Assembly: GCF_964204865.1 (NCBI RefSeq)
Contig: NC_135250.1
Span: 24,366,001-24,430,000 of the forward strand
Length of the DNA: 64,000 nt
Reading direction: 5' to 3'
From: Styela clava
Lineage: Eukaryota
Shown one piece after another: positions 14,484 to 28,806 of this stretch. A model generated the notes under the pieces. The model was not told the origin of the DNA. It worked only from the letters and a program-made list of their open reading frames with translations, and searched no databases. The first letter of the stretch is position 1, and each line of letters begins with the position of its first letter. The position numbers were made by a program, and so were the translations under genes.

Positions 14484-17400
14484 AACTTTGTCTTTTTAAT
14501 AACTAAACAATTGAGATTTGCCGAAAATTTCTATACTTTTAGGACGTGCTTAGTTTACAAAAAAGAGGTTTATTTAAATACATAATTTAGAGTTTCAAAT
14601 TTTGTGAATTAAATCGGTATTATTTCAAAGGGCTCCGTTAAATAGCCTACAAAATGGTAGCAAAATAGGGGTCTGGTGTAGTTTCGTACCTAAAGTACTT
14701 CTAGTGGGCGTAGAATAACAATTTTTGCATATGTTAATAGACAATTTTTTATATTTAGTTCATGACGGTACACCATAATTTTCTGACGTGATGCACAGAT
14801 TGTGATTGATGACTAGGCCTGCTTGTATTTTAATTAGCGTGAAAAGGATATGAATATATCTTCATTTCCAAGCTACCGTACATCGCAACAAAAAGAAAGC
14901 AATTGGCTATCTATCGATACTAATTGCTTGTTCTTGTAGTCAATCAGTATTATAAAACGTTACAAAAATAATATTCCAGCAGTAATATACTGCGATTAGA
15001 AACACTGTCTTCCCCAGTAAGTTTGGTCCTACTGGCAACCCAGTGCAATGAATGCGCTAATAGTAATATTCTGCAATTGTTTTTGTGATTCAATTTCTTC
15101 ATTACTACGAACCATTGCGGTCCCTTTCAAAATGCATATTAAATATATAAATAAAACTATAGCAGTAAATACCGAAATCCCAGTAAAATTACAGCTTAAA
15201 CGAATTAAATTCGTTTATTACTACATATCCATGAGGTATGTGACAAAACTAGGAATGAATGCTGGATACGGTAAATATAAGGACTCAATGTCACAAAAAT
15301 GTTAAAACACGTGAAGGGAATGGATTGCCGGTCTATTTCACATTTGTAATTCTGGATTTATGATCGAAATCGGTCAAGTTTATTCTAACAGATTGCAATC
15401 AAATCTGGTATGGATGCGAACAATAAATTTTAGCGAAGCCTCCATCACAAAATGCCAACTTTTTACTTCAGTAAAAACACATTTTTTTCTAGTGGTTTAT
15501 AACAGTTTTACCACGAAACAACTGATGAAAGATTTTATTCTCATTTTTTTATTGTTAAACGAACTCGGGGAAATAAAAATTCTTGCGTTACGAAATAACA
15601 AAAACACTTGCCCCAAACAAATACTTATTGCGCACTCAAGTGGAGAACGCAAGTATGTATGACGTCAAGAGCATCAACATATCGACTTTGTGACGCTAAA
15701 GTTGAAATTTATTAGAGAATAATACGACAGAAGTGAGCTATTTTAGAACCCAATCCTCTTTAGCAAGACGAAAGAGCGACTTGATTGAAGTGATAAAGTT
15801 CTGTCAGATATATTATTTGTGGTTTGAGTAATCTCTTTTAACTACTTTTCGGATCTTGTTTTGAACTTTTGTGAACCTTAAAAACAATGTAATTTTACGT
15901 ATGGTTTCTATTTTTGAAGGGAGTTTTTTTTTTTTTTTGGGCATTGCCTACTAAAATTCTTCAGAAGACAACACCATTTTGAACAAAAAAGTGCTAACCA
16001 GCAACAACTTTTGTGGGATTTCTCTCTCGCATTTACGGCAAAAACATGCATTCGAATATTTTCATCAACACAGCAGTTTTATAAAAATATTTAATCAAAT
16101 TGTGAGAGGTTACGAAAATTTAATTTCTGCATATAAATCTAAACGTTTTGGTGGGTAAGTTCAAGAAACACTTTAAAAGATTCGACAGCGAATCACGATG
16201 CCTATTTGACATACTATACCCTGAAAATTTGTTACATATATATATGCAAATATAGAGTATTCACATGTTAAATATACAGATATTTATAGGCCATACAAAA
16301 TGTTAAATTGTATTTGTAAAGAGTGTCATTCAGGCTGACCTGATGACAAAATTAAATACCGACTTTCCAACATAAGAGACTATCATTGTATTTAATCCTT
16401 TCCACTCAGGCTAGTATTCGTTCCGTAGATGATGTTATTGAGAATCCCTTGAAATATTTTCACGTGATAATCCCTCCCTATAAAAGCACTGAAGCAGAAC
16501 TATAAAACGAAATTGATTGTAACTCTATAGAAATCAATTTCAATAAAACACCGAGGACCTGTCAATTTTAGTGTGACGTATTGAGAATTTTTAGTAAAAT
16601 TTTCGTCACGTTAGAGTGAGTGATAAATTTGTCCTAAGGTGACATAACCTATTTTTATCTATTTGTTAATATATATGTTTTTTTGGTATAAAATATCGAT
16701 AACAATACGGTCAAAAACAAACTATCATTCACTTGTTTATCGCTTCACAATTGAAAACGTTACATATGTTTTTCATGTTCTTATCTTATTTTGATAACAT
16801 TTCTCTTTCTACGCACCTTTGTGCTTGACAATTTAGATAAAATCTTTGTTAATGTTAGTCATAGTATTCCGGGTATAAATATGTGTTTCATTTTTTGTAA
16901 GAAAAACAGAATAATTTAAATTTATTCACTGTAAAAAATATATACAATATACTGTGCTCATATTTACGAATAATCGTTTGAGAACCCGTGTCAATTCAAT
17001 AATATTATTGTCATATGAGAAGCAATTATGGATGCATTGACTTTCGTTATGTAGTTCTCTCTCTCGACGTTAGTACATTATGTTAGAAGGTCTTACATTT
17101 GTTGTGTCACAAACGAAACAAGGACGATGACTCAAGTTGTGAATGACTAAGTGAAACATTTGTTTTTTAAAAGTTATTCATTTTTTCTCATTCATTATAT
17201 CTAAACAACACGGAAAAATGACTTTGTAACAGTTATCTGATCTATATAAATATATATTCTATATATATATTTATATACTCTTGTCAAACAAGGGGTCACA
17301 GTTATTTATTTTTCATTCCAGCATTTAAATAAAGAAGATCCACAGTCAAAATCAAGTGAAAATGAGGCAATTAGTCGTCCGGAATATCTCTTTCATTTCA

Positions 17401-19053
17401 TGCCTCAAAACTGTATCAGAAGTTTTTCTTGCGTGAAAAACGTTACTGTGAGTTGTGGTTACATAGCGCTCTTTAGTGTCAAAAGTTTTTGAAATATGAA
17501 TAATAAAGATACCGCGATTCAGCCACATTGGTTCACTTCGAATAATCCCACTAGCAATTCCCTTGCGTAGGCTTGACAGTAAATTGACAATACATTAATC
17601 ATTTCAAGTTTTTTCAGTATTTTTAAGACAATTTTTCTTAAGGCAATATTTGTATATTACCTATACATTATTATAATGCCTATAGGTTGCTCCTGACAAT
17701 TTATATAACAATTGTGCAACATCGAATTGGGCTTGAACTTATTGATCTATCTCGCGATGACATCTGTCCATTACCTCGTCGAGGCTATAGTTTCAATATG
17801 GCCGTGTAAACCGGAAGACTAAATCACCACGAAGTATAAGCGCAATGTCCATATTTCTTTCGAATATTTGACAGTGATAGATATTTTGTTTTAATTGCAT
17901 GCGATTGATTAGACTTGGTAATTTTAGTTCTATAAATTCTAATTCTCATTATTTTGGTAACAAGATGTAAAAAATCACAACAATCTTCTGTATATTTTTG
18001 ACACTGAGCTATTCCTTTTAAAGTGGACTAATATATTGCATTCTGTATTATAACAACGTCGATGCGTTGTGATATATTGAGCTAAGTCCGATACAGGTCA
18101 GTGATAGACGCGTAGATTTATATAATATGTCCAGCATATATATATATAACAGAACACAGACATAAATGGTAATTGTTTTATTGATATACAACTGGAAAAT
18201 GTTTTGTGTGTAGCGAATAGCGTGTCTTCAAAACATAACTCTTGTTCTTCGTTCAGTAATCAGAGAAAAATTACTCTCATGTTAAATTGTAAACGATGTA
18301 GTTATGTTATATTTGCGGTTAGACTTGTAAACGGAAGGAGTTTTTGGTCCATATCGTGTCAGCATCATAGTCATAGTTAGGCGAAGCGCCAGCGTAGTTG
18401 AGATTGAGTGTAGCTTTGTGTTGAATGTGTGTTTGCGGTTTCTAATTCGCCGAAGTTACAATTAAAGAAAGGATGTAACAAGAATTGTATTGCAGAATCA
18501 ATACATACGAAGCAAGGGAGTAGTACGTAAAGATAGCTTTATAACATCGCTGAAAGAAAATATCGCCGGCCAGATTCGGCTTCATTGTAGATGTATCTCA
18601 CGAAATGTTAGTATTGTAGAGTAAAGAAAATTACTGATATATATATTTACACAAATGGAGATGTTGTACGTCTCCGGATAGATATTAATTCTGAAAGTCC
18701 TCAAGTCTTTGTCTATATACTGTCGATTGTCTAACAATGGAATGCGTTACTACAGGGTAACGTAAAAAACAGAATCCAGGTCGTATGGAACCTATTTTAA
18801 AAATGGCATAACTTTTGTACAAAGATCCTTAGATTACTGAAACGTTTGGGTGCATGCAAAAAGTCTTAAGTCTTAAATAATATTTTATTATTTTTCGTAG
18901 ATTTAATTGAGAAATTTATGGGCTTCGTTTTACTTGGTCAACCTATAAATTGTCAGTATTCTTATGCGCGAAATTGCAACGACGATATTGTTTAAAATAT
19001 TTTTAGTTTCAACCAACACTTAAGCGTATAGTCATTTAAATTGGTCTATTGCA

Positions 19054-22000
19054 ATGAAGCTAATATGTGCAGGACTTCCGAAAACAGGCACGAAAACTAT
19101 CGCAGAAGCTTTAAGAATACTTGGATATAACGTGCATGATGTATTCGAGCAGTTTATGAAGGACAGGGAACTGTGGGACAAGGTGACGTTAATCATAGTG
19201 CAGTGTAGGGTTGTGGAGGAAAATTTGCAATCGACTACGACTTTCAGTTGAAAAAAATTGGACACCGAATACGGATTGTAAAAAAATTGGTATTCCCTTT
19301 GTATGTGTACCAGGTTAAGGTTAGGTCATGATCTTATTCCGATTTTCTATATTTTAGTTTTATTACGAGTTCGGGGACAAAAACCTGAGCATATGCAAGT
19401 CTCCTTTAATTAGTTCTGGGTACCTGTAAGAAAATTTTGACTTCTATTTTCATCATTGAATGTATGAAATTCCGACTTCCAACCCGGGTAGTTTAAAACT
19501 ACGACTCTAGCTCCGACATAAGTAAGAACATCCCAAACCTTGTCTCCACAATCCCGTTACTCGGCTCCGGTCGCGACCTTTTTAATTTTATCATTACCTA
19601 ATCAGATAGTCAACAACACAGTTACCACAGAAGATTACCAACGGGTTCTTGGAGACGTTGATGCAGTGATGGACTGGCCTGCAGTTGCAGTTTGGGAACA
19701 AATTATGGACGCATTTCCCGATGCTAAAGTGGGTAATTGGTAAAACTAAATACTTTAACTAGAATTCTCCATGAATTGTATCTATAATAAAAATTGGATT
19801 ACGGATACTAGACGTGTATCTACGTAGGTGGGCTATAAATGTGCTGAATAAACGAGGTTGTAGTTAAAGGTCGTCCCTCTATCACAAACTATATTAAATT
19901 GCATTGGCTTAAATTTCACCTTATAAATAAACTATTCTGACCCGTTTTGATGTCCTAGTTTTCGCATTTTCTTTTAATTGCAATGTTTATTAAATTTGTT
20001 TTTAACAGTCATTTGTTTTGCGATGATTTATTAATGTTGTTTTTACCTATCTTGACTGTTTTACATACAGGTCATACTGATGGTCCGTTCAAGCGAAGAT
20101 GAATGGTACAAAAGCATGAAACGTCACTCGGGAATCATTAATAAATATGTGCCGTATGTAATATCTTTATTCATAGAAAATAAAATAAATTAAAGCGACG
20201 CAATTGAAACCGACAGTAGGAACTTTCGTTTGAAGAGTAATGCAGTTCTAGGGCCAGGATGGCATATGATACGATCTATCACTTTTTTGCCTATCGTTAT
20301 AACAGTTGTCAATGTAATGTCCTAATAACAACTCGATGATACATTGCTCACTTCGATTTTATATAGAGTGGTAAGAGTCGCGATCAACAATGTCTGGTTT
20401 GACTTCACAGTGTTAATACATATCATAGAAAAATCTTAGTCTTCTTTTAATAGCTTACCTAGAATGAATTTCATAAATAAAGCGCATTCTTTCGAATTTC
20501 TTGTTCGATAGAAGAGGTTTTGCCTAACCTGCCAATATAAATGTGCTACATCTACAGATAAATAATGAAAGCTAATACACTCATTATGAGCTTGTCAATA
20601 ACAAAAATACCTTGAAATCTTATTGGGCACGAAATGAATCTATGATGGATAGTTTTGTTAAATTGTTATTGTTGTTGTTAGCATTCCTTTTTCTTTTGTT
20701 GTTGTCTCTTTAACTAGTGGACTCCACTTTGAAATTTAGCAGCGGTCAAAGATTGTTGTTGTCGCCCGAAGGCAACCACTTTATTTCTTTCAAAAATGTT
20801 TCAAATCGTTTTTTAAGTTTTGAAGTTATGTGTAATGCTGTCATCAAAATTATAATTCGCAATGTGTGGTAGTTTGGCCAACGCATTGCAGCGATTTGTT
20901 GTCCAGAAGTTCTTTGATAGGGAAGACTACCGGTAGTGTAGGATACGATACTACTTCGTTTTGATGTTCGTGTATGTATATTTGAGTACATCTGTCTTGT
21001 TTTCAGAACAAATGAAACAATACAGCAAATTCTGTTTGGCCTGGTGTCTGGACCAGTTGCAAGTCAATTTTATAAACTCGAGACAGCGTTCTGTTCTGCG
21101 TGCCTTGGTATACCAAGGATGTATGGATCCGTTGTAACAGAAACATTTCTACGGTAAGAACATTGATATGCATTTCATGTTCGTTCTCCGCGTGGTGGAG
21201 CTCTTGACTCGGTATATAAAAGAATGTGAAGGGGTTTGGTATCCCCTCAATCAAGGATTGTTAGCAAACCCGTTCTTGTTTTGTTATATACATCATACCA
21301 CGGCAGCAAGTATAGGTAACGTGCATCGTAGCTGGCGACTAGCGTGTCATGTTAATGCAGCTTACGTGGTGTTTCCCCGAAAATAAGACCTAGCCTTAAT
21401 TTTAATAATGATTTTAATATAAGCCCTCCCCTTAAAATAGGACCTAGTCAATAGCTCACATTTATTTTTTTGACCTATTCGATAGTAAGAAATCTCTCCT
21501 ACACTTTTTAAATGAATAACAATCTATGTTTAGCGGTTATTTCATGAAAAACGTGTTATTTATAAGTAGATGGATATCGGTTTTCATATTTTGTATATTT
21601 AAAAATCTCGTAATTCTCTACTTTATAAATAATTTTGTTTTTGATAAATGAAAATAAAAGCCATCCCCCAAAATAAGCCCTAGTGTTGTTTTTCGAAAGA
21701 AAATTGAAATAAGGCCGTGTCTTATTTTCGGGGGAACACGGTATTCTGAAATGAGGGAACATGTTGTTCTTTAGTTGATACAAAAGAGAATGCGTTCTTA
21801 AAAGTTTTAATCCCACCACTGTATATAAGTATACAACGTGTATAGAAAACCGGATAACCCTAGAGAAAATAAATATTTGTAACACGGCTCTGAGAACTTG
21901 CTTAGAAAAGAAGCAAAAAGAGTTGGATCTAACGTTTGGAATGAATATATCTATCCTGAACGTTTCACTTATTCGGTATGTTTCAGATCTCGGTATCGCC

Positions 22001-22290
22001 AACACAATTCTTACGTGAAGTCGACTTGTCCTAAGGGAAAATTACTGATATACAACGTTAAAGAAGGCTGGGAACCACTTTGTCAATTTCTGAACAGAGA
22101 AATCCCAGATCAGACGTTTCCAAAAGTTAATGTTAAAGGAGATCTCACTCGAAAAATGGTGAAGAATAATTGGAAATATGATTGTGGTTTGAAACAAACA
22201 ATCAGTAAGCAAAGGAGAATACGACTGGCTAAAATATGCTTTGTACTTATTGCGTTAATATCTTGTCTAGTGTACAATCTGATGAAATAA
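19054..22290 (+). CDS. Sulfotransferase (Sulfotransfer_4-like) with C-terminal TM anchor, copy S1, intact, 261 aa
   Basis: Exons 19054-19182, 19606-19728, 20071-20153, 21007-21153, 21987-22290 (786 nt, GT-AG, frame consistent). Motifs MKLICAGLPKTGTKT (5'-PSB loop), DWPA, FPDAKVILMVRSSEDEWYKS (3'-PB), HNSYV, LLIYNVKEGWEPLCQFL, FPKVN. Hydrophobic tail ICFVLIALISCLVY. Confidence 0.88.
21369..21741. mobile_element. pogo/Tigger-like MITE in S1 intron 4 (partial related copy at ~8170-8555)
   Basis: TIR GTGTTTCCCCGAAAATAAGAC / GTCTTATTTTCGGGGGAACACGG followed by TA. Internal sequence is shared in inverted orientation with ~8290-8345. Confidence 0.75.
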
Positions 22291-23040
22291 TAATAAATTT
22301 TACTGCCGAGTAGATTTACAAAATTCTCTTGCGAACTTGCTACAACCGGCACCTTATAATGTTACTGATCACCGAGCTAGAAATTCGATCGTTCTGTCCT
22401 AGGCTAATTTAATTGATCAGCTACCTGATCCTTATTGGCGTGTATAGTACCACGGTACAATTTTAATCAATCAATATGTTTGCTGGCCAACTTTTTCAAC
22501 CAATATTTCAATAGAAGCATGTCAGATATGGTTTTCTTCAGTTTTCTCTCTCGGTATTATATTATTCATTTTAATAAGTTATACATGGTAAATTATGTAA
22601 TGGTTATTCAATTTAAAACAGATTGAAAGTATCAGCCATACCGCCGTGCTCGAATTGATTATTAGACTTGAAATTTCCGCGCTTCAGGCCCGTCGAACAA
22701 TTATATATATTATAATATGTTGCGTATACGTAATGGTCACGTCAACCGCCTGGAGGTTGAATAATTTGGTAATCTTTGTACCGGAAAAATAGCTTAATGC
22801 TGGCATAGTATCATGGTAGTGGCATAAACATCTTCATCGCTGCTTAAATAGTTCAGTTTTTTAGAGGCAAGAGATAAACTTAGTTAGCTCGAGTATCAGA
22901 CTATCTTATTATATTTTGGTTATGCCCAAGGGATTTATTCTATCGTCCTTCTAGTTTTTAGGCTACGGAGACTGTGCGGAGACATTTGAAGTTATCGGAT
23001 GATTTACTAGCACATACATTTCGTTGAAGCTCCACTACGA

Positions 23041-23250
23041 CAGGGTGTTCAAAAAATAACGCAAAATTAACAGAAGTTAAGATGAAATGCTACCTAAAAC
23101 ATTCAACGAATGACACCTTTTAACAGTATTGAATTACAGTGAAAAATGCCATTCAAACATTTCACGACTGACGCTTTTTAACAGTTACTTTTTTAACGTT
23201 GCCATGACGAAAAATTTCACCTTAATTTTGCGTAATTTTCTTAACACCTT
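23041..23250. mobile_element. Tc1/mariner-like MITE
   Basis: Inverted ends CAGGGTGTTCAAAAAATAACGCAAAATTAA / TTAATTTTGCGTAATTTTCTTAACACC. Confidence 0.6.
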
Positions 23251-23522
23251 AGTGCGGTCTTAGTGCGGTATTTCGTTACCCAGCGATCCATGATCGTCTG
23301 AAAATTCGGCAGTGTAAACAAAACTATCGATCTGTGAAACTTTCTGTTGTTCTGAAGCTCAATATTGACACAAATTGTAGTTTGCAGGTCATCGGCTATT
23401 GAGTAAATATCCTAACCAAACGAAAATGGACAAAGGTTCGTTTTAATAAGTAAAGGGTTCGGATAAAGAATTCGGATCACGAATTCAATCCTGAGTAAAC
23501 TTAGTGGAAATAGTCTATCGCT

Positions 23523-26401
23523 ATGAAGGTAATATGTGCAGGACTACAGAAAACTGGCACAAAAACTATCGCAGAAGCTTTAAGAATACTTGGATATAAC
23601 GTACATGATGTGTTCGACCAGTTTATGCTGGACAGAGAACTGTGGGACAAGGTAACGCTAGTCTTGGTATTGGAAGTATCGTGAGTGTAACTTTGGTATG
23701 CAATCTCAGCGTCATGAAACTACTTTGGTACGTGATTTCACTTGCTTAACGTCATTGATTAAGGCATTCTTATAGAATTCAGTTCCTAACCCTGTCATCG
23801 CTGGGTTAGGATTAAGTCAGAGGTGGGCAATTACCCTTCTGAGTGGGCCATTTACACATCCTAGACTTGATTACTAGGCTCAAAACTATGAATAGAAAAC
23901 AGTTTATTTACAAAAGGTAGTCCAACAGCTAGGCTAACGTTTATATTAATAAGAAGCACAATGTAACAATTGGGTTCATTTTGACGTTATTTTCATCGAT
24001 ATTTTCAACGAAAATTTATATCCACGAAAGCATAGTCGAAATTTTAGCACACATAAATGGGCCGGGTGAAACACTTCGGTGCCGTAAATTGGCTACCCGT
24101 GGGTTAGAGTAATACTAAAATCACTGCGACCATACACTGAGATCGCATACCGAAGTCGCACCGTTTTGGGTTTCAAGCGCGACGTCTTAATTAAGTTGAT
24201 GTATCATTTGAAACCTAGATTGTAGCCAACACAGTTACTGTGGAAGATTATCAACGAATTCTCGGAGATGTTGATGCAGTAATGGACTGGCCAGCAGTTG
24301 CAGTATGGGAACAAATCATGGAAGCATTTCCCGATGCTAAAGTGGGTAATAGGTCAAACTTAACAATTTGTTTATTTACTGGTAGGTGGTACGCGTTGTT
24401 ATGCAGATAGCATCTCTAAATCTTGTCCAAACAAGATTATTATTATTTTCAGTAGATAACGCATGACAATGTGAGATATCTTGTTTATTAGAGAATTAAT
24501 CTCAACTATGCCTGCCTCGCTTGTTATATTCATTCCACTTCAAGGTGGTATACGAAACACAGCTGATTATTCAAATGCTCAAAAAGGGAATTGGAAATCA
24601 AATCTTACCGCCATGACAATTTGTATTGGTACCAGGAAGGCCACAGTTGAGTGTTCTCTGTCGGAAAGATGTTCGACTAGTCTGACGTCACAGCATTGTC
24701 ACGTGACCCAATATTCACATGGTGAAATAGGGTGATTTTCCACACAACGACAATTTAGTTAATCAATCCATTAGTACTCTTCGTGTCCAATACTATAGGA
24801 TTGGGTGTCTTCACTCCATCAAATATCTCGCGGGCTTTTGTCTGTGTTGTTCCTAGTTTATAAAGTTAAGGGTTTACATAATTGAAATCTTAAAATGAAA
24901 TCTTTTCTTGAAATCTTTCATCGATACTTTTCGTTTTTGTTATTTTCAGGTTATATTGATGATTCGTTCGAGTGAAGATGAATGGTACAAAAGCCTGAAA
25001 AATCACTGTGAAATTATAAATAAATATGTACCGTATGTATTATTTGTCTTTTTGTAAAAACATACCTATCCAAGGCAACGTTGAGGAAACTAGTCAATTG
25101 GTTAATTATTAAAGAAAGTAGTTGATCCAATTGAATTTGAACTAAATCAAGAAGCGCATTACGTTTTGATAAAGGCTCGTTACAGTATTTCAAAGGCGAT
25201 ACTTTTGCGGTTCATTTATTCGGTTAAATATTATTCTAAAATCAGTTTAAAAAGATACGGATTGAATAATGAGTCCGTACAATAATAATTATTTATCTAT
25301 AGAGCAATGTTAGTTGGATAATTTGCCAAATTGGCATATATTTAAAGCCATAATAATATTTGAAAAATCCTTATAACTGCCTGATAAAATTTTTTCTATG
25401 ATTTATAACATTTCTTCAATTGACCCTAGAAGTTCCCCATGTATAAGACGTTTTGCAACTTTGCCCTGGAGAAAGTTCTGTATGAACAGCCTCATAGAAC
25501 TAGAAATATACCAATTGTGGACGATTATTTCTTTTTCATTCACTGTATTTAGATGGGAATCTACCTGACACCACATTCTATCACCTGCGATACCAGTATA
25601 ATATACTCATAATTAAAATTATTATTTTCAGATCAAACGAAACCTTACAGCAATTTCTATTCCATGTAGTATCTGGGCGGGTTGCAAGTCACTTTTATAA
25701 ACTCGAGACAGCATTTTGTTCTGCGTGCCTTGGTATACCGAGAATGTATGGATCCGTTCTGATAGAAACATTTTTAAGGTAAGAATATGGGTATCATGAA
25801 ACCTGGCACCTTGATCCAAGGTTGCTTTTTCTATTATCGGTTGCGATAGTTGTCCTCAAATTGTCCAGATTTGATAATATTTCTGCATCATATCTTTCCG
25901 GGCGCTCCAGAAGTTCTAATATGGAGGTAACTTATTTTGTTTGTCTACTTTACATCAAGTCGTGTAAAGGGACCGATGGGCAGGGGGCATATTCACTTGG
26001 CTAATAATTTTCCGCAACCAGATACCCACAAGCGCAAAAATACGAAGTTACTCCCGAAGAGACCGGAGTGATAATTTATGTTGATATATTGTTTCAGATC
26101 TCGGTATCGCCAACATAATTTGTACGTCAAATCAACTTGTCCGAAAGAAAAATTATTGATATACAACGTTAAGGAAGGCTGGGAACCACTTTGTCGATTT
26201 CTGAACAAAGAAATTCCAGATCAAGCGTTTCCGAGGGAGAATGTTAAAGGAGATATCACAAGACAAATGATGAAAAATAATTGGAAATATGATTGTGGAT
26301 TTCAAGAAACAATGCAAAAACAAATGAGGATACGATTGGCAAAAATATGCTTTGTGATTGTGGCGATTATATCGTGTTTAGTGTATTATTGGATGATATA
26401 A
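23523..26401 (+). CDS. Sulfotransferase copy S2, intact, 261 aa
   Basis: Exons 23523-23651, 24219-24341, 24950-25032, 25632-25778, 26098-26401. Exon sizes and phases identical to S1, no stops. Begins MKVICAGLQKTGTK, ends with TM tail ICFVIVAIISCLVYYWMI. Confidence 0.88.
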
Positions 26402-27127
26402 TGATTAAGAGATGCATTATTAGCAGTTGCAACCTCCTAATTTTTTTAATCAACTTGTAGTCAATTTTTATTGTAGTGAGGTGCAATTTAGTGAGATCAC
26501 ACATGATTTTTATTTTTGAAAAATTATAATTATTTTTTATTGGAATTATTTGATTTTTGACACAATATTAAAGATGTCATTCTGCTTGATTAAATTAACA
26601 ATTTCGCTCCAATTGTGAGAGTTGCTGTAATTGGTTCTTGTCGAACGCAATATTTTAAACAGAAATGCATGTTCACAGTAAGATGGTACAAACATATATA
26701 TCAGTCGAAAAAAACACGAGTACATTTTACACGCGACGAAACAAACATGAGCAGTTGCAAGTCTATATTTCTTTTAGGAGTTACTCAAATATGCTACCAA
26801 CAAGCATCAGGTTGTAATATGTAAAATGTGACTATTGTTTCTGAATTGGTAGAGAGTGACCGCTTGTGGATGCCAGGTTTATGTAAGCCTTTCTATTAGA
26901 GTCTGACAAATGATACCCGAAAATGATATATGTTTGCATTAAGACTTAATTGAATAAATCAGGCTAAAAACACAATTCCCATTTTGTATCCAGTCATTGC
27001 AGCTTCACACCCAAGCCTCATCCTGCCAGACAGTTGAAAATTTCTTTAATTTTAAACTTTATTATTTTAACCCTTTTACACCCATTAATATATCATCAAA
27101 TAAATCATACATAAATTTAACCTTACA

Positions 27128-28462
27128 TTATATAATATACCAAACAAAAAATAGCGTGATGAGAACAAAACAGATTTCAGCCATCCTCCAAAGTGTTTGT
27201 CTTTCTACTGTTTTTTGGAATCCACAGTCGTATTTCCATTTATTGTTCATAAGTTTCTTCATTATTTCTCCTTTAACATTTACCTTTGGAAACGTTTGTT
27301 CTGAGATTTCTTTGTTTAAAAACCTACAAAGTGGTTCCCAACCTTCTTTAACGTTGTATATCAATAATTTATTTTCGGGACAAATAGATTTGACGTACAA
27401 ATTATGTTGGCGATACCGAGATCTAAAAAAGATAAAAAAAAATAGGCTTGGCATCTATTACATAGCAGGTGTGTTCAATCTTTAATACAGAGAGGCCAGA
27501 TACAAATGACTGCGTGAAGCCGCGGGCCGCACCTTTATTCAAAGTTGCAGGCACACATATTTTGGTTATTGATCTTATGACAAGCGTTCGGTTTGCAGGT
27601 ATGAACATAGGAAATGGAATTACTCGCACATGCCGGATCGAACTAAACTAAAAACTCGTTTCGCGGGCCGTACGCCGTTTGTACAATTTTTCGCTGCGGG
27701 CCGCAGGTTGCACACCCGTGAAGTAGAAAATGGAGACTAACCTCCGTAAAAATAAATTTTCATGAATGTCAACACATCTAAATTAATTGGCAGAAACTCT
27801 TACGTAAGTATGGGTCGGAAAGAATTTACCGTGAACCGACTTTTCTATCTCTTAAATTCGAAATCGGTTGTACATTTTTACCAAGAGATATTTAGCAAAA
27901 TATCCACTGCGTGACCAGTAATCATACCCTCACCTCAGGAATGTTTCTGTCATTACAGAGCCATACATTCTCGGTATTCCAAGACAGGCCGACATAAACG
28001 CTGTTTCAAGCTTATAAATTCAGCTAGCTAATGGACCAGCTATTACATGAAATAGGAGTTGTTGCATTATTTCATTCGTTCTGAAAATAAAAGATAATAT
28101 TTCTTTAATCGTTGATTTGTAGACCATGCGCTGTTGCTGCGTACGTACTGAACCCTCATAAGTGAGAGGTTTCATTATTTTTGCAATCAGTACATTTGCA
28201 CCAGCGTACTTTTGCGTTCGCGCACATGTGCAACAATAGACAAGTGCACCCGCAGTTTTCAGCACCCACATACAGATTGCACCCATAACCGCTCTCAGGT
28301 ACATTTCCATTTACGTAGACTACTTTTGCACCAACAGGCATCAGCACTCTTGGCTGCAAATTTACAGTCAAGGTGCTGAATGCTTTCATCTTTCAATGTA
28401 AGTAAAATGACAAGAATACATTTTGTCCCGGTTTTCTGGAGCCCTGCACATATTATTTTCAT
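27128..28462 (-). pseudogene. Sulfotransferase pseudogene S3
   Basis: Starts MKIICAGLQKTGTK at 28462, then unrelated sequence replaces the rest of exon 1 and exons 2-3. Exon 4 (28080-27934) has an in-frame TGA. Exon 5 (27422-27128) is open. Confidence 0.82.
27466..27720. mobile_element. hAT-type MITE in S3 intron 4
   Basis: Imperfect inverted ends CAGGTGTGTTCAA / TTGCACACCCGTG and repeated GCGGGCCG motifs. Confidence 0.55.
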
Positions 28463-28806
28463 TGCGATATCGGTGATATAGGTGAGAATACACAATTTTT
28501 AAAACAAACTTGGTTTTGTCAACATTTCTACGTATCACTACAGAGCTTCCGAGCGTATAAGCCTTTATTACCTTTCACGCAGTCCAGTCACTATCGATAT
28601 TATCAGCTTAGCAATAAAATTGAAGGCTGCATAAAATTTCACAATCCTGTGACAAGTATCAAATGCATGCAAATTACAATACCAATATATACTGTGTACT
28701 GTATATGACTTTTGTAGAGACACGTGAAGAAATCATTAGTTTGAATGTCACTCTACCTTACGCAATAAAAATAAAAGTTACGATATCAACTTCATAATGT
28801 AATATA

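Noticed and set aside
1-19000. Many 60-100 aa ORFs in the ORF track (e.g. 733-930, 1890-2099, 3936-4244, 9320-9538, 15360-15662)
   Set aside because: No recognisable domains, composition typical of random AT-rich DNA, and no consistent exon chain could be built. Small real exons cannot be excluded.
26997-27485. Longest ORFs in the track (26997-27485 +, 21556-22005 -)
   Set aside because: The first is an antisense shadow of sulfotransferase exon 5; the second is mostly intronic/MITE sequence.
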